Shown here: positions 51,601 to 64,000 of the stretch, one piece after another
How positions within the stretch are numbered: the first letter of the stretch is position 1
Layout: every line of letters begins with the position of its first letter
From: Phoronis australis
Taxonomy: Eukaryota; Animalia; Phoronida
Direction of reading: 5' to 3'
DNA: 64,000 nucleotides
Assembly (NCBI GenBank): GCA_002633005.1
Contig: NMRA01000106.1
Span: 415,655-479,654, forward strand
The notes under the pieces: generated by a model
What the model was told of the DNA's origin: nothing
Seen by the model: only the letters and a program-made list of their open reading frames with translations
Database searches by the model: none
Translations under genes and position numbers: made by a program

Positions 51601-54242
51601 AGCCCGTCAATTAAGCAAACATTTTGAGATAAAACATAGAAGTAAGTACATATAGTATCACTGCAATCACGCTTTAAGCAAATACAACCCACGGGGAGTT
51701 CAACTTGAACCCTTCGGTAAATACTACTCGCGCAAATCGCGATTCATACTCGTTTGTAATAGTAGAAAATTAATGTAGAATATTCCACAATATAGTTTAC
51801 CATCCCATTTTTCTCGATATATTCTGGAAATGTAGATGAAGACATTCTATAATTTATGGTTGTATCTAATATTGGTTTAAATAGTCACATAGACTTATAG
51901 TAAAGATGGTGTTTTTAAGCCTTTCAAAACCCTGTGTTAATCCATGTGTATTTGATACCATCTGTGTTCCTAGACCGCCTGTTATTTCAATGAGATAAAA
52001 GTTCAGTGATTTATGAGCGTGCGCGTAACTTAAAGATTAAAAGGATACTAAACCCTGTTTTGAGGATTTCAACAAATCCTCGTTCTTGAAAGATAAAAGC
52101 AGGAATCAACTAAAAATTCATTCCCCCTATTCCACAAATTGGACATTATGGTCCTTGGTGGGTGGTCTTTTCCCACAGTTGTCGTGTAATTCGCTTAAAG
52201 TGTAGGTCACCCTTGACCGTTTTTTTGAGTTTTTAAATTTCTCTTCAGAATTCGAAGGTTTTCAAGGGTTATAAGGTTTCGTTTCATTGGAGAACTGGGC
52301 GGGAATGTCGTTTTAATAACGGTTAATAGGCCAAAACCAGGTTTGGTATCCTTAATTTTAACATCCGTTTCATATCCATTCAGATCTCATCATTTTATCA
52401 ATTTCAATCTTAAATTGTAAACTTACGGTATTTTCCATGTCTGGTGCTTCAGAAATGTGATCGAATAGTCTATTCATAGCGTTTCGGTTAGCCTGTCTTG
52501 ACCCCTGACGCGTCATCGCACGAGAAGGTGGCGGAAGTAGCCGACCGGTTTCTGACGAGTATACACTCTTCTGCTTATTCTGTTGTTCGTCTTTCTTTCT
52601 ATCATCCTTCTTCTTTTCCTCCGCTAAAAGTCCGGCAGCTTCCGTTAACTGTCGGAGCTCGTCACGCCACGACTCTGTCACTGGAACTTTAAGAAAAACA
52701 CCACTGCAGATGATACAAACGCATCACTAAAAGTACATTTTACTCCGCCATGAACACGTGACTTCTTTTGTAATATACCATAAGTGAACTTTTCAAAATA
52801 AGAACTCGGTCCGAGACTATGACTCACTTATTTGTAGTTGTCAACCGTAGGCCTATATTGCACATATTGTAGGGTTAAGAATTCGTCGCGATCAGTTTAC
52901 TAAATTCTTCACGACTGTTATCAATTGTGCCGTAACGCCAAGCAGAGTTCCGGGATTTGCATATCATGTCAATTTATTCGAGGTATTTATTATTCATAAT
53001 TTGAGGCAATAGAGCCTAAATGGAATATGTTTCACTTAAGAGGGTCACACCAGTTTTCGTCGAAACCTTTTCAGAATAGATATGTCTTGAAGTGTGAAAG
53101 TCAGCTTGTCCCATGAGTGTGACATTGGATCTCGCACGACGTCAAACCATTTTCAGCGACGGCAAAGCATTGTCGCGCAAGGTGACCAAGCTTTGGTCGA
53201 TGGACTCGTATTTGAGGAAAGCTCTTGTCTAAATACAACACATGCAATGCTATTTGTCAACGTAATTGTTCAAACAAAATCTTTGATTTAGTCGATTTTA
53301 TTCAGTGTTGTGACACTGCTAGAACCAAAGTCGACTTGTTAAACTACGACTGATTCCTTTACTAGTAGAAAAGTGTAGAATATTTAGTTAAGCAATGATT
53401 TTGCTTGCCTTTAACAGCACCTAATCACGCTGCACTTACCTAAGCCCATGCTAGGCACAGCCTTTTCCCTAAAAGGTCCGCTCTGCAGTCCTGTGAAGTA
53501 TTGTAGCCCCGTGATTGTATTCACAGGGTGTAACTGAGAATTGACGTTGATTGCGTTGACTGGGATGTAGTTGGAGAGTTTTTGTTTGTTATAGCTATCC
53601 GGTGGAAACTTTGGCGAGTTGTCCGATGAAAATGAGGTGAAATTGAGCGAATATTTTGGACTGGCTACAAATCCGTTGTCGTTCACTGCACATATAGGAG
53701 CGTCTAGCAAACCTGGAAACAACAGAAATTTCAGTCTTTAAAAAATCTTCCGTGGCTAACATGTTATATTTTGTACACTTAGAAATAGAATTGGTGTGAC
53801 AATTTTCCCTCAATTAATTGACTTGACAATGGGAACTTTAAAGTTTTAATTTGGTATTATACTTAAAGAAAATGGGTCCAATTATATAAACATAAAATCA
53901 AAATAAAGCTAAATACAAAAGTTTACAGCCAATGTCACAAATTTTTGCCCATACCAAAATAAATCGATCAACATTTCTTCTCTTGGAAATTTTGAGAGTC
54001 CCAACAAATTTACCTTTGATATGTCTAACTTTTCCTGGGTGAGGATTATGCCGCGTAAAGAAGGCGCTCTGACTGAGTTTTCCAAATCTATATCCGCCTT
54101 GAGTGGCCGGTCGTCTCTGGTCCGGTCGGAAAACTTCCCCACCAGGCTTTTTGAAAGTGTCTGTGGCTATGTCGGCTCCTTGGATACTACTTGGAATATG
54201 TAGCGGGCCATTTGAGGGTCGGAAGACCTCATAATCCGCCAT
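48621..54242 (-). CDS. TBATA: TBATA/SPATIAL (C10orf27)-like protein, 6 coding exons to the first available stop
   Basis: Exons 54242-54014, 53712-53440, 52686-52427, 50061-49980, 49776-49500 and 49116-48621 are GT-AG and phase-consistent. Motifs [58 protein letters not shown] and VLQMLCQILQTDDINAVQAWLCSAGEREKQLV match the SPATIAL family pattern as recalled. The 3' end is less certain. Confidence 0.82.
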
Positions 54243-54246
54243 CGTA

Positions 54247-54410
54247 CTACAATGTTTGAAAATGAACTATTATGAACAACAGTAAAACAAGTACTCAGAT
54301 GTCTGAAGAACAACTTACGGTGAAACGTGACACTTTCGAACCATCCAGTTCACCGAAATGCTCTGTCTCTTAGTAAAGTACCACACGAATCAATCAGTTA
54401 CCATGACGAC
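54247..54410 (-). promoter_or_regulatory. TBATA-like 5' region: 72-nt 5'UTR intron (54247-54318), short non-coding exon, and RFX X-box-like motif at 54397-54410
   Basis: Minus-strand donor CC|GTAAGT at 54318 and acceptor attgtag 4 nt before the ATG. GTTACCATGACGAC resembles the X-box GTNRCC(N0-3)RGYAAC. Confidence 0.5.
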
Positions 54411-57400
54411 AGCTATTGAGAGTTAATACAGATTGATACAGCTTTCCCAATCGATGCCAGCACAATAACTGCAATGGGAAGCTGCGTTAAGCAAAACGGA
54501 GCGCGACTGACTTTTCTTCATTAATTATTGCAGCATCATCAGTCAAGTAGATTGCGCAAATTACGCCTCAACAATGCGCGCAAATTTCTCTCTCCGTCGA
54601 AAACGAGTCACCTTGAAGAAGTCGTCCAAATAGTTTTAATTATTATAATGTCGGCAATGGAAAGATTTGTTAAAAGTTAAACTTCAATAATTTAAATATT
54701 GGTTGCTCGGTACACTGAAATTGTGCTCTTTACACGTTTTACATTAATCTAAGAGATTTGAATGAAATTAACCTGAATTTTATTTTTGTGAAAATCGGTC
54801 CGCGAGTATCCAGCTTAGTTGGCACAGTGCTAGGTAGCCTATATAAGCACAACTCGAACTCGAAAACAAAGACCCTTTCGCACAACCTTACCGTTAGACT
54901 GAAAAGGCTAAGGATTTCCACTTAAGGAACGCGTGATAAGTATGTTAAAACAAAAATGAAGAGTTTGACAACTCAAAAATTCGAATACAATTTTAGTCAG
55001 ACCAAGCTCCAGTGACCATTGCCGGTCGATGTAGTGATAATACAGAGCGATAACGCACGAGTTTGTTTCTATGTACAGAGCACTGTTTTCGTCAAGGGTT
55101 GACGGCTCCTCCTGTTGGACAATGTCTCATTAAGCCTTTCCGCCAGTCATCGGTCGTGATAAATTATTTGTATTTGGGATCAGTGTTTAGAGCGCTAACA
55201 ACAAGACGACACCCTCGGGCACTTCAAGTACATTTAAAAGCCCCGTCGTTATGGCTCAAGAACAAGTATCACGTCGTCAAGTAGCAAATAGAGAAGGGTT
55301 GTTAACCGCTCCTAACTGAATATCCTTTAAAAGTTGAAAACCCGTGAAATTAAAGTAACCGGCAATTTTTTACAAGTACACGACATATCGTCTTTCATAT
55401 AGTAGGCCCCTAGATTGTGTGAAAAGTGCAATAACGACAGTGAGTGCAGAAATTCGTCCATGCATGTAGTTTGGACGCCAAGGTTCTAGAATTTTCCTGT
55501 TGTTTACATCTGCTGTATCTGTGTTACTTTACCTGTATCATAAAAGTCAAGCTACCACAAGTTCAGTTAAAAGAAAAGTTCGGTTCTTTCAACCCTTTAT
55601 TTTGTACTGACTAATGACTGTTCGAGTATAACATGAATGTATGATTATAAACAAATGAATGTTGATCGCTCACCACGCAACACACGAATTTGTCTTCGGT
55701 TTACAAAAAAGAATAAGAAGTGCCACAGAACTAGTTAGAAAATCACACTTATATTTCCGTTTTACATCCGCTCAAACTCAGTGTGTAAACTTTAAGTTGT
55801 AACCATCACGCATTCACCCAGTCTTTTCTCAAGTGAGGAGGTCAGAAAACACAACAATAGCCCTTCTGGCTTGTTAACTCATATCGATGACGACTCAGAT
55901 AATTAATAGTTTTGCTGAATGCCTGAAGTCTGTAACTAATGATTAATCAATCGCTTTATTCACAGATTTTACATGGAGAAAAATAGTTGCTATTTACCAA
56001 GTCTGTAAATCTACATAGCGCAGTGTTCACTCTGTAACTTAGTACTACCATGACGCGAGTAAAAGACTTGCTGATCAATCGTTAAAACAGGAACATGGAG
56101 TCAGGCAGTCTACTTGTCGAGCAGTCGAGACATTTACAAGAGGTGAACAATTTATCTAGAAAAACCTGCACGGCAAGAGAAAACGAATTCATGAAACTTT
56201 GTCACATTGTCTTTGGGCTAATAATGTTGCATAACTTACATTTTCCGAAATCATGATAACCCCTAAGTAAACATTTTGCCGTTATTCGCTTTAGTTTCTC
56301 AATGATTCTTTGAAATTTACTGTAGCGTTGTTCTGTGTTGTATGAATCGGACTTTGAAACTATCATTTGACACCAGATGCCACTGAAAGGTCAAACCACA
56401 GACTGACTACTGAAATCAGGCTAACACGGTAAAATCGGGTAGTTTCGAATTCAATGAACGTTCGATTATTTCTTAAACCAGACACGAGGGTAAATTATGG
56501 AATATCTGAATACTTGAAACAGACCGGTGTCCTTTAAAGGAGGGGGTTTCAATTTCCATTGATAAACTATAAAAGCACTGCAGCAAAAGCGGGCCTGTTC
56601 TTAGGGATCATTCAGATTTGAAATGAGTAGAATTTCGAAGACGATTCGATTTGAATAGACTTTTGGAACCTTTACAGACGATTTGCGGGATACCGAAGGA
56701 GCATTGTTACTGGCAGATGAATAAATTCCTGTTTTAAGCTTATTGCCGGTTTTCATTTATTCATATCGATTTCCGCCACCGTCTCCCACGACGTGACAGG
56801 CAATTTATTCCACATGTATTTCAAAAGAAGGAAGTCAGTCACTTCAATTTATTTATCTATACACAATATTAATTTGCACCGGTTAGTTGTACAATCATTA
56901 AAAGTCATTTTGTCAGAATAAAAGTACGACTAATTTTGCAGCGTAGAATTTCTTGCATGACTTAACAAAGAAAATACACATTTCCCTCTTTTGTTTTCCA
57001 TAGAAAAGCTTGTCTAGAGGCATACAATTTTTTCCAGTTGTCGCTCACACTTTTGCAAGCAACTGTGATAGCACAAGAGCGATCTCGTGTTGATCCTGTT
57101 GAATTTCTGTTACTGATCGACTGCATACTAGCTACTGAGGCTGCCAACCTTTTTGGACCATTCTCTACATGTGGGTAACGCAAAGGTTTAGTTTTCTAAA
57201 ATCGATGTTCTTTTATATCAACTAGGAGATCAAAACCAAAGTGGGCACTTTAAACTCTTTGATAACGTGAACGATAAGATGGGCCTACCCAGCTTTTTGC
57301 CAAAGTTAAAGAAATGTCCTAGGCTTGGTGATAGTGTCAGAAAGATAATTGCTATGTGGAAGAATTACTAAAACTTCTAACATCGACACCTACGTAAGAT

Positions 57401-58212
57401 AAAGTTGGATGAAGGTGACAATAACGGCTAATCATCATATCAGTTGAGATTATAAGTGGGCTCTCTAAGACAGAGATGAAAATCGGGTTACATGTGAGGA
57501 GGTGTTGGCGAACCAGTGTGCTACATACACACAGTTAGATCTTTTTACAGCAGGCCTACTAAACAACCAAAGGTCCGGTGGATAAGGTATCTACACCGAC
57601 TACATGTATGCTGTCGACAGGGTCAGATATCGTGGCTGTGGAGCATGGATCCACACCCTGGCATCTTTTATTAAGAATTTTAAATTAAATTTGCCTCTGA
57701 GTTATTTTGTCGAAATGACGTACAAATTGCAAGCTATGAAAACCTGTCAACCTGGAAGGTATACGTTATTGGGAAACAAAATAAGAATTGGGAAGTAACA
57801 TAACATAGCATGGACAACTATTTTGTATTCAGATATTGAGGGGAATGTTAGAAGCCCTCCTGTGTACTCAAGAGTTTAGGCGATGATTCCAAATTAAGCC
57901 CAATATTCACGAGAAAGCGACAGTAAACACTCATGACTAGGCGATAATCGCCTGCCATTCATTCACTGGACCCTCTGTTGACACAACATGGACAAATACG
58001 ATTTATATGCTACTCGCCACTGTCCTAACACGAAGCCGTAAAAATTGGAATTTATAAAAACTTACCTTTAGTGGTCTTGTTATGGGCGTGTAAATGTTCT
58101 TTTAATCGAATGTGTAATGTTGACCGTGCTAAGTGAATTGACTGTTTTAATGTAGACACACCGCGGGTGTTATCGTCAGTCTGAGCTGTGTGTAGCGATA
58201 GCGGGCCTTGTT

Positions 58213-58225
58213 GTTACCTGGTAAC
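58213..58225. promoter_or_regulatory. RFX X-box (GTTACCTGGTAAC)
   Basis: Exact fit to GTNRCC-N-RGYAAC. A strong minus-strand donor AAG|GTAAGT lies at 58066/58065, about 150 nt away, with no ATG in between. Confidence 0.45.
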
Positions 58226-61200
58226 CATGGACGCACGGTTGAATGGAGTGAAGTTATGAATAGAAATAGAAAATGGGGTTGTTAAATAGAAAGGACCAGT
58301 CGAGTGAAAGAAAGCGTTTATTTATATGTTGGTAGGCTACTTTGTGTGATTCATAAAGCGTGTATTGTTGAATGTATCGGGCTTGTAAAGCCGGTAATCG
58401 CATAAGTGACTTGGACTGACCCCGACAAAGAATAGATATGGAATTTATAAAATAATACCGATCAACGCAACCTCTCCGCAGGAAACATTACGTGTTTGCT
58501 TGAAATTTAGTGATAAAGTATCTCCACAGGAATGTACGATTGTTCTCAGTTCTTTAAAGAATATTTTTCGTATACATTTTAGACTGACTGAGACAAAAAT
58601 TTCATTTTTACTTCGAAAAAGAAAACAATGGGAAAATCGTCCTCAGTTAAAGTGCGGCACTTTGAAAAAAGCAAGTCAAACTAACTGATTAGTTAATTAG
58701 TGCATAAATAGTAAACATTCGTTTCTGATTGTTTACTTGTTCGTAGAAAAGGAGAGGATTTTTATGGTTAAGCTGGACTAAATATAAATTACAAATTTGA
58801 CTAAATAAAAATGTCCTAATTCGACTAACTCCGAGTAACGACTGATCTGACGCATGTGCACCAAGTCCTGAGAAAGCACTGTTCGGAATTGTTTTAATTG
58901 TGTTTCATTTTGCACCAGGAGCTACCAAATAGGGTTTTTTGAACGCCACGAAGAAAAACATCAAAAACTGCATGAAAACAAAACGAAAGGAGAACATGGA
59001 AAAATGTTTTTGAGATTTCACCTTCAGGCATTTATACATGTATCTAACAAAGTTTGGTCACATTATTGATGCTCCTGATGCCATTGTTTTGCTAAAAATT
59101 TCTAGTTTGCTTAATTTTATAAAGATATGATCACGTGACCTAATCAATGACAATTTGGTATAAAGTAAAGATTGGCTACTTTGAAAAAACAATTTAGTTA
59201 AAATATATAGTTTTGTAGATATTCGACTAAAGACAAAGACTTGTCAAGCTCCTACATAACTTTGAAAAGTACGACTACCCGACCTGTAAATTTAGTTCCT
59301 ACAATATTGTAGGTTAGAAGGGACATTCTTGGCTATCACAGCGATTTTCTACTGTATAATCGATCCTGCAATCCATGCGGTCAAACGCTCTAGTGGAGGA
59401 GCTCCCGCGAAATAAATGACAGGCGAAGTAATTAGCTTTGGTTTCAAGAAATGTTTGGCAGACAACGGCGGGCTGGCGAAATTAATTGCAATAAAATCAC
59501 ATACTTTTTGTGAAAACACAGTCAAAGTTAGCTAACAACTTGAACATGTCCGTATCCGACGAAACCAATAATCATTCCTAAAATGTTTTTCGGATATAAA
59601 TCCGACCACTCTGACGACAATGAGAATAGTAAATTGCCAGTAACTGGTTATCCTTATTATCTGACTTTCATGGACCTCACTGCTACGAACAACACCGCAC
59701 ACACTGGTCGCGAGTGGGATACATATTCTTCTACCTGCTATCGGCCGCTTTTTGCTGTTTTCTCGCGGTGGCTCAAACTGGCGCGGATTGAAAGGCTACT
59801 TCGTGCACCATTTGATACGTCTTCTTTCTTGTGTTACTAAAAAGTTGCCATGAATATCTGGATAGTCCAATACATCGGCGTAAATACGTCGAAGGAAGGC
59901 TTTGTCATTTGTTTGAAAGTCTCGTTTACCCGTGACTGTTTCACAGTTTATCATTTATTACTTATTCAGGACCCTCAGTTAGTCAATACATGTTAAAACA
60001 AGGTGCACTATCGTTTCCCAAGAGTTCCCGACAGTGTACACACTCACCGCACTGACGACAATCACATGCATAAATAGAGCGCCAACAGGCAACGGTTGGT
60101 TAATTCAATAACTTGTCAGCACTCTCTTTATCGGTAACTACATCAGCTGCCAATGAAAACGCGATCAAATCATCCACAGATAACCTGTTCGTTACCATAT
60201 CAACGCTAGAGTTCGTCTCCATCATAAATTTTTGAATAATTAAATTCTGTACTTTTTCGTATCCAGGCCATGTTTTTGTTTGCATTGCATAATTAATAGT
60301 TTAATTTTCTTGTCACCAGTGCCACGACTGAAATATGCCTATTTTGATGGCTGTCACTGGCGCATATACAGGTATCCAGTTCCCACTTATGAAGCTGCGC
60401 CCGTTTATCAAACGCACGCTAATATACATGAAACGTGTGAGTAAACTGAAACCGAGGAGCAAATTTTTAAAGTATTCATTATACTTCTACATTTCGGTAG
60501 CACTGCAAAAATATTAGTTGTTAATTGTTATTTAGAAATGTTTCGTTTTAGCATCAACAGCGCAAACGAGAAAGGCGCGTGATCCAAAGATGCAGAACCA
60601 GTAGTTTGGACAGAACTTCTCGTTTTCAAGCATACGTAATGGCGAATTCGTGCATATAGTGAATTATGAGAGCCGGAAACTTGACTCGTCCGTCAGAAAA
60701 TGGAAGACGATGACAGAGTTCAATTTATGGCTAAATTTAAATGAAAGTTATCTGAGACGGACATAATAGGCGACAAACACCCCGTTTGAAGACACCCCCA
60801 TCTAAACTTACCCAATATGGGAAACACCTGAACAAAAATTTCTCTGAAAAGCGCATTATTTCAAATATAAGCGCATGGACCTAATTATGCGCATTTACAG
60901 TTAAGTCAATCAGATTGAAAGAAATAAACAGCTTATCTTCAATGCACTAATCTTATTAAAATGTCTTAGGCAAGAAATTCAATTTCGGACCTAAAAAAGA
61001 GTCCGGTCCTCAACAGAGCGACACCCTGCATCAATTGATATAGCCGCCCCACTCTTCGCTCGTCTTTGGGCACGGTCCCTAATAGTATAGGATGACCAAC
61101 TTCTGAGGTTCAGAATTAAATTTCATGCCCGCGTCATTTTAACAAGAACAAGTCATTTAAATAATAAGCTGTAAATTGTAATTACATGAATCATAAAAAG

Positions 61201-61766
61201 TCAATAACGAAGAAAAAAGCATATCAATCTGAAATTAAGCACATTTCAGAGAATGCATATTCCTTGCTTTTGTGCTATCCTAGCTATGTAGTCATATTTC
61301 CTTCACCAAATAACGTACTAAGTGATCCCAGCTATTAAAACTGAACAGGTTTTCCCTCTCCACAATACCAATGCAGAAGAGTCTCAGTGGAGCTTACTGA
61401 GCCATATATCAAATTCTTGCAAACTAGCGACACCTATTGCAGAAAGATGGCATGTTGAAATACCACCAATATAAAGACATGGAACGCAAACAATTCCTGA
61501 CGAAAGTATCATCTCGCAAAGTCAAGTACAGAGAAATTCACTTTCCCCGGTAAGGAAATTTCCAGAAAAAAACACAGAATTCATCATTTTGGAAATAAGC
61601 GAAGGAAAAATTCTGTGGTTACTACAGTTTCTAATCTCCCTCCCACTCATGATAAATGCAGGTATATGCGCTCAGTGAGTTGCTTGAGGTGTCAAAGGTC
61701 ACATTTTCCATATAAGGGAAATGTCACTACAAGTATTATGTCGTGTCATACCAAATAAGGAGACCT

Positions 61767-61917
61767 GCCTCCAGCTCAGTAACGCTGGGACCTCGCTAAA
61801 AAGCAAGATTTCGGGAGATTACGTGAGATATTGCCGTGTATTTAAAAGGAGAACACGTGACTTTGGCTAGATTTTAGCTAGGTCATAGCCGAGGTCCTAG
61901 TGTTACTGAACCATGCC
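61767..61917 (-). mobile_element. MITE family A, copy 3 (inverted, more diverged)
   Basis: Reverse complement aligns along the length of 6726-6878. Confidence 0.8.
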
Positions 61918-62619
61918 TGCCTTGCCTTGTGGGACAAAAATCGGTGAAGTGGCGAGCAGTTGACTAACCGTTTTTTGACAATTTAAACTAAAAGAAACTG
62001 CTTAGATATGAACAGAAATTATAAATCTTTAGGAAAAAATTCTAAAAATACCTGGTGAGCAGGTTAAATTCTGTTTCAGTGACAGAGAACCACTTTCAAT
62101 ATTGCAGTTTAGTCTGTTTATCTTGCTCCAGGATTCTTTAAAAATTCAAGACAAAACCTAGCATAACAACAGCAAAAGAAGTATCAGACAAGCATTTCTT
62201 ACAGAATCATTAAGTCTATTGTGTTCTAAAAAATGCTATGCCAAGTTATTATTCAGATAATAATCTCTGTGGTAAAAACAACAGATGTTACAATGTGAAG
62301 TTACCATCACTTTTTACTGATCACAGATTTGAAAAAATACAACGCTAAAATAGCATACATATACATTTATTTATAAGTGAGCCACAAAAATTCTACATTG
62401 TTGTAAAATACTCTGTATACAACTGTAAATGGTCACAATCACCCACCAAAATCTCAGGAAAATTGTGAGTTAACTTATTCCCAAAAAGGACACTGCCTAC
62501 AATTTCAAAGTTTCCTACTGAGCAGGAATTTTCCAAAATGTGAAAACAATACAGGGTTTAGTTCAGAAAAATACAAATTCAAACAAAAAACTGAAGCACA
62601 TTGATCAGTTTAAAGATGC

Positions 62620-62686
62620 TTAGTCATCTCAAAGTTTTACCAGACACTGGTACGTTTAGTCATCACAAGGTTTTACCAGACACTGG
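62620..62686. repeat. Tandem duplication, 36-bp period x 2
   Basis: ttagtcatc.caa.gttttaccagacactgg occurs twice. Confidence 0.75.
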
Positions 62687-64000
62687 CTTGGAAAATTTCA
62701 CCAAAACAAACCCTGCTATGTCCATGATACAAATTCTTAAAATGAGACAAGTGCTCTTTAAAAATTACAGGAAAAGACTGTAAATATGATGTCTACAATC
62801 AAACATTAATTCATATAGCAAGCAATTGAAGAAATCCAGTGAGTAACAAAGACCTTTTTAGCAAAAACACATGATCCTATAATTGTTATCTACGATAGCA
62901 AAACATTTTATTAAGTAGAAAAAAATATGGCTTGAGGAAATTACACACTTCGCATTTGATTACATAACACTGTGCAAATTAAGTACAAAAATCTTTCAAC
63001 TGAAAGGGTGAAAATACAATTCTTTATTTCAAATACTTAAACTTAAGATACAAAGATATGATTGTAAGAAACGGTTTCAACTTACAGACAAGTTGGCATA
63101 GTTTTTCAGTTAACCACAAACTTGGCAAACTCAGTGTCCACTGTCTACACAATCAAAGCCCCCAGTGTTTACATTAAAATTACCTCAATCAGAAAAGTAC
63201 ACAATTCAAAAACCCTGCATAGAGTGTATAAGAAATACTGTTAAACTAATGCACAGTAAACAGTTGAATAAACACACATGGAATGTCTATGACTATAAAT
63301 AATGGCAATGTATAATGTGGAATGTTGGTGTTGAAGTCTCTAAAAGCAAACCAAAACAAAAATGTATGCCCACAACTTCCAAACACATCTAGAGAACACA
63401 GATTCTCGCACCTAACAGCTAAAGGAACATTGGCTAGCAAAAAACACACCATGTCAGCAAATAGATGAAATGTGAAAGAAGTTAATATATACCAGAAAGC
63501 TAAAGAAAATGCTTTATGTTGAGAAGAAAGTATACAAGAAATTCTATTTGTGTGGAAGTCAGAATGGCTGATCAATACTGAAAAGAAGTCACCCCTTGTC
63601 AGGCAATAGGACTGTCCCGGATTACACAACGATACTCGAATCTCACTGTTTTTACCCACAATGCTAAAAACACCTGACAGGCACATTTGCTACCTCGTTT
63701 TCGTGCCACTGGAGTTTCACATGTTATTTGTTGTTGTCTGATTCTTTACAGCTTTTTCTCAGTTGCATTACTCTATTCGTTCTTCTAATGTCAACGAAAT
63801 ATAACTGCTGTGCTGTGGGCTGCAACCCGATGTGAAAAAGTTTGATAAACTGGACAAATATGCATGGATGCATGATCTGCAATTCTTCAGCTTTTAGACA
63901 TCAATGAGAGATGCCAAAATTTGCCTGATTTCCAAAACGAAGTCAAGCTCTTTCTTATCTCCTTGACAAAGGAGAGTTATATCTTCGTGTACGTCAGGAC

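Noticed and set aside
63246-63686. 146-aa hydrophobic minus-strand ORF
   Set aside because: The Phe/Leu/Cys bias is what U-rich UTR-like sequence would give; no recognisable motif.

Overview
AT-rich (by eye), intron-containing animal genomic DNA, not prokaryotic. The innexin points to an invertebrate; a lophotrochozoan is plausible but the species cannot be fixed from sequence. Four protein-coding genes can be built by hand with phase-consistent GT-AG introns: an innexin with an apparently intronless CDS (-, 13239-14511, broken only by one N), a CCDC137 homologue (-, 7 exons), a divergently oriented TRMT10A-type tRNA m1G9 methyltransferase (+, 6 exons) and a TBATA/SPATIAL-like gene (-, 6-7 exons) with RFX X-boxes. 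The rest is introns and intergenic DNA holding several MITE families, tRNA-derived SINE heads and minisatellites. Three observations stand out. (1) A spliced 138-codon ORF stops 5 nt before the TRMT10A ATG within the same predicted exon, and its first exon could alternatively splice in frame onto the TRMT10A core (bicistronic or N-terminal switch design). (2) A 3.5-kb TIR element with an ATT target duplication carries decayed THAP and P2X7-ballast/KolX-like genes. (3) A 192-bp palindrome holds a Pol III B-box between divergent CTCF-like motifs. All homology calls come from motif recognition by eye; no searches were run.
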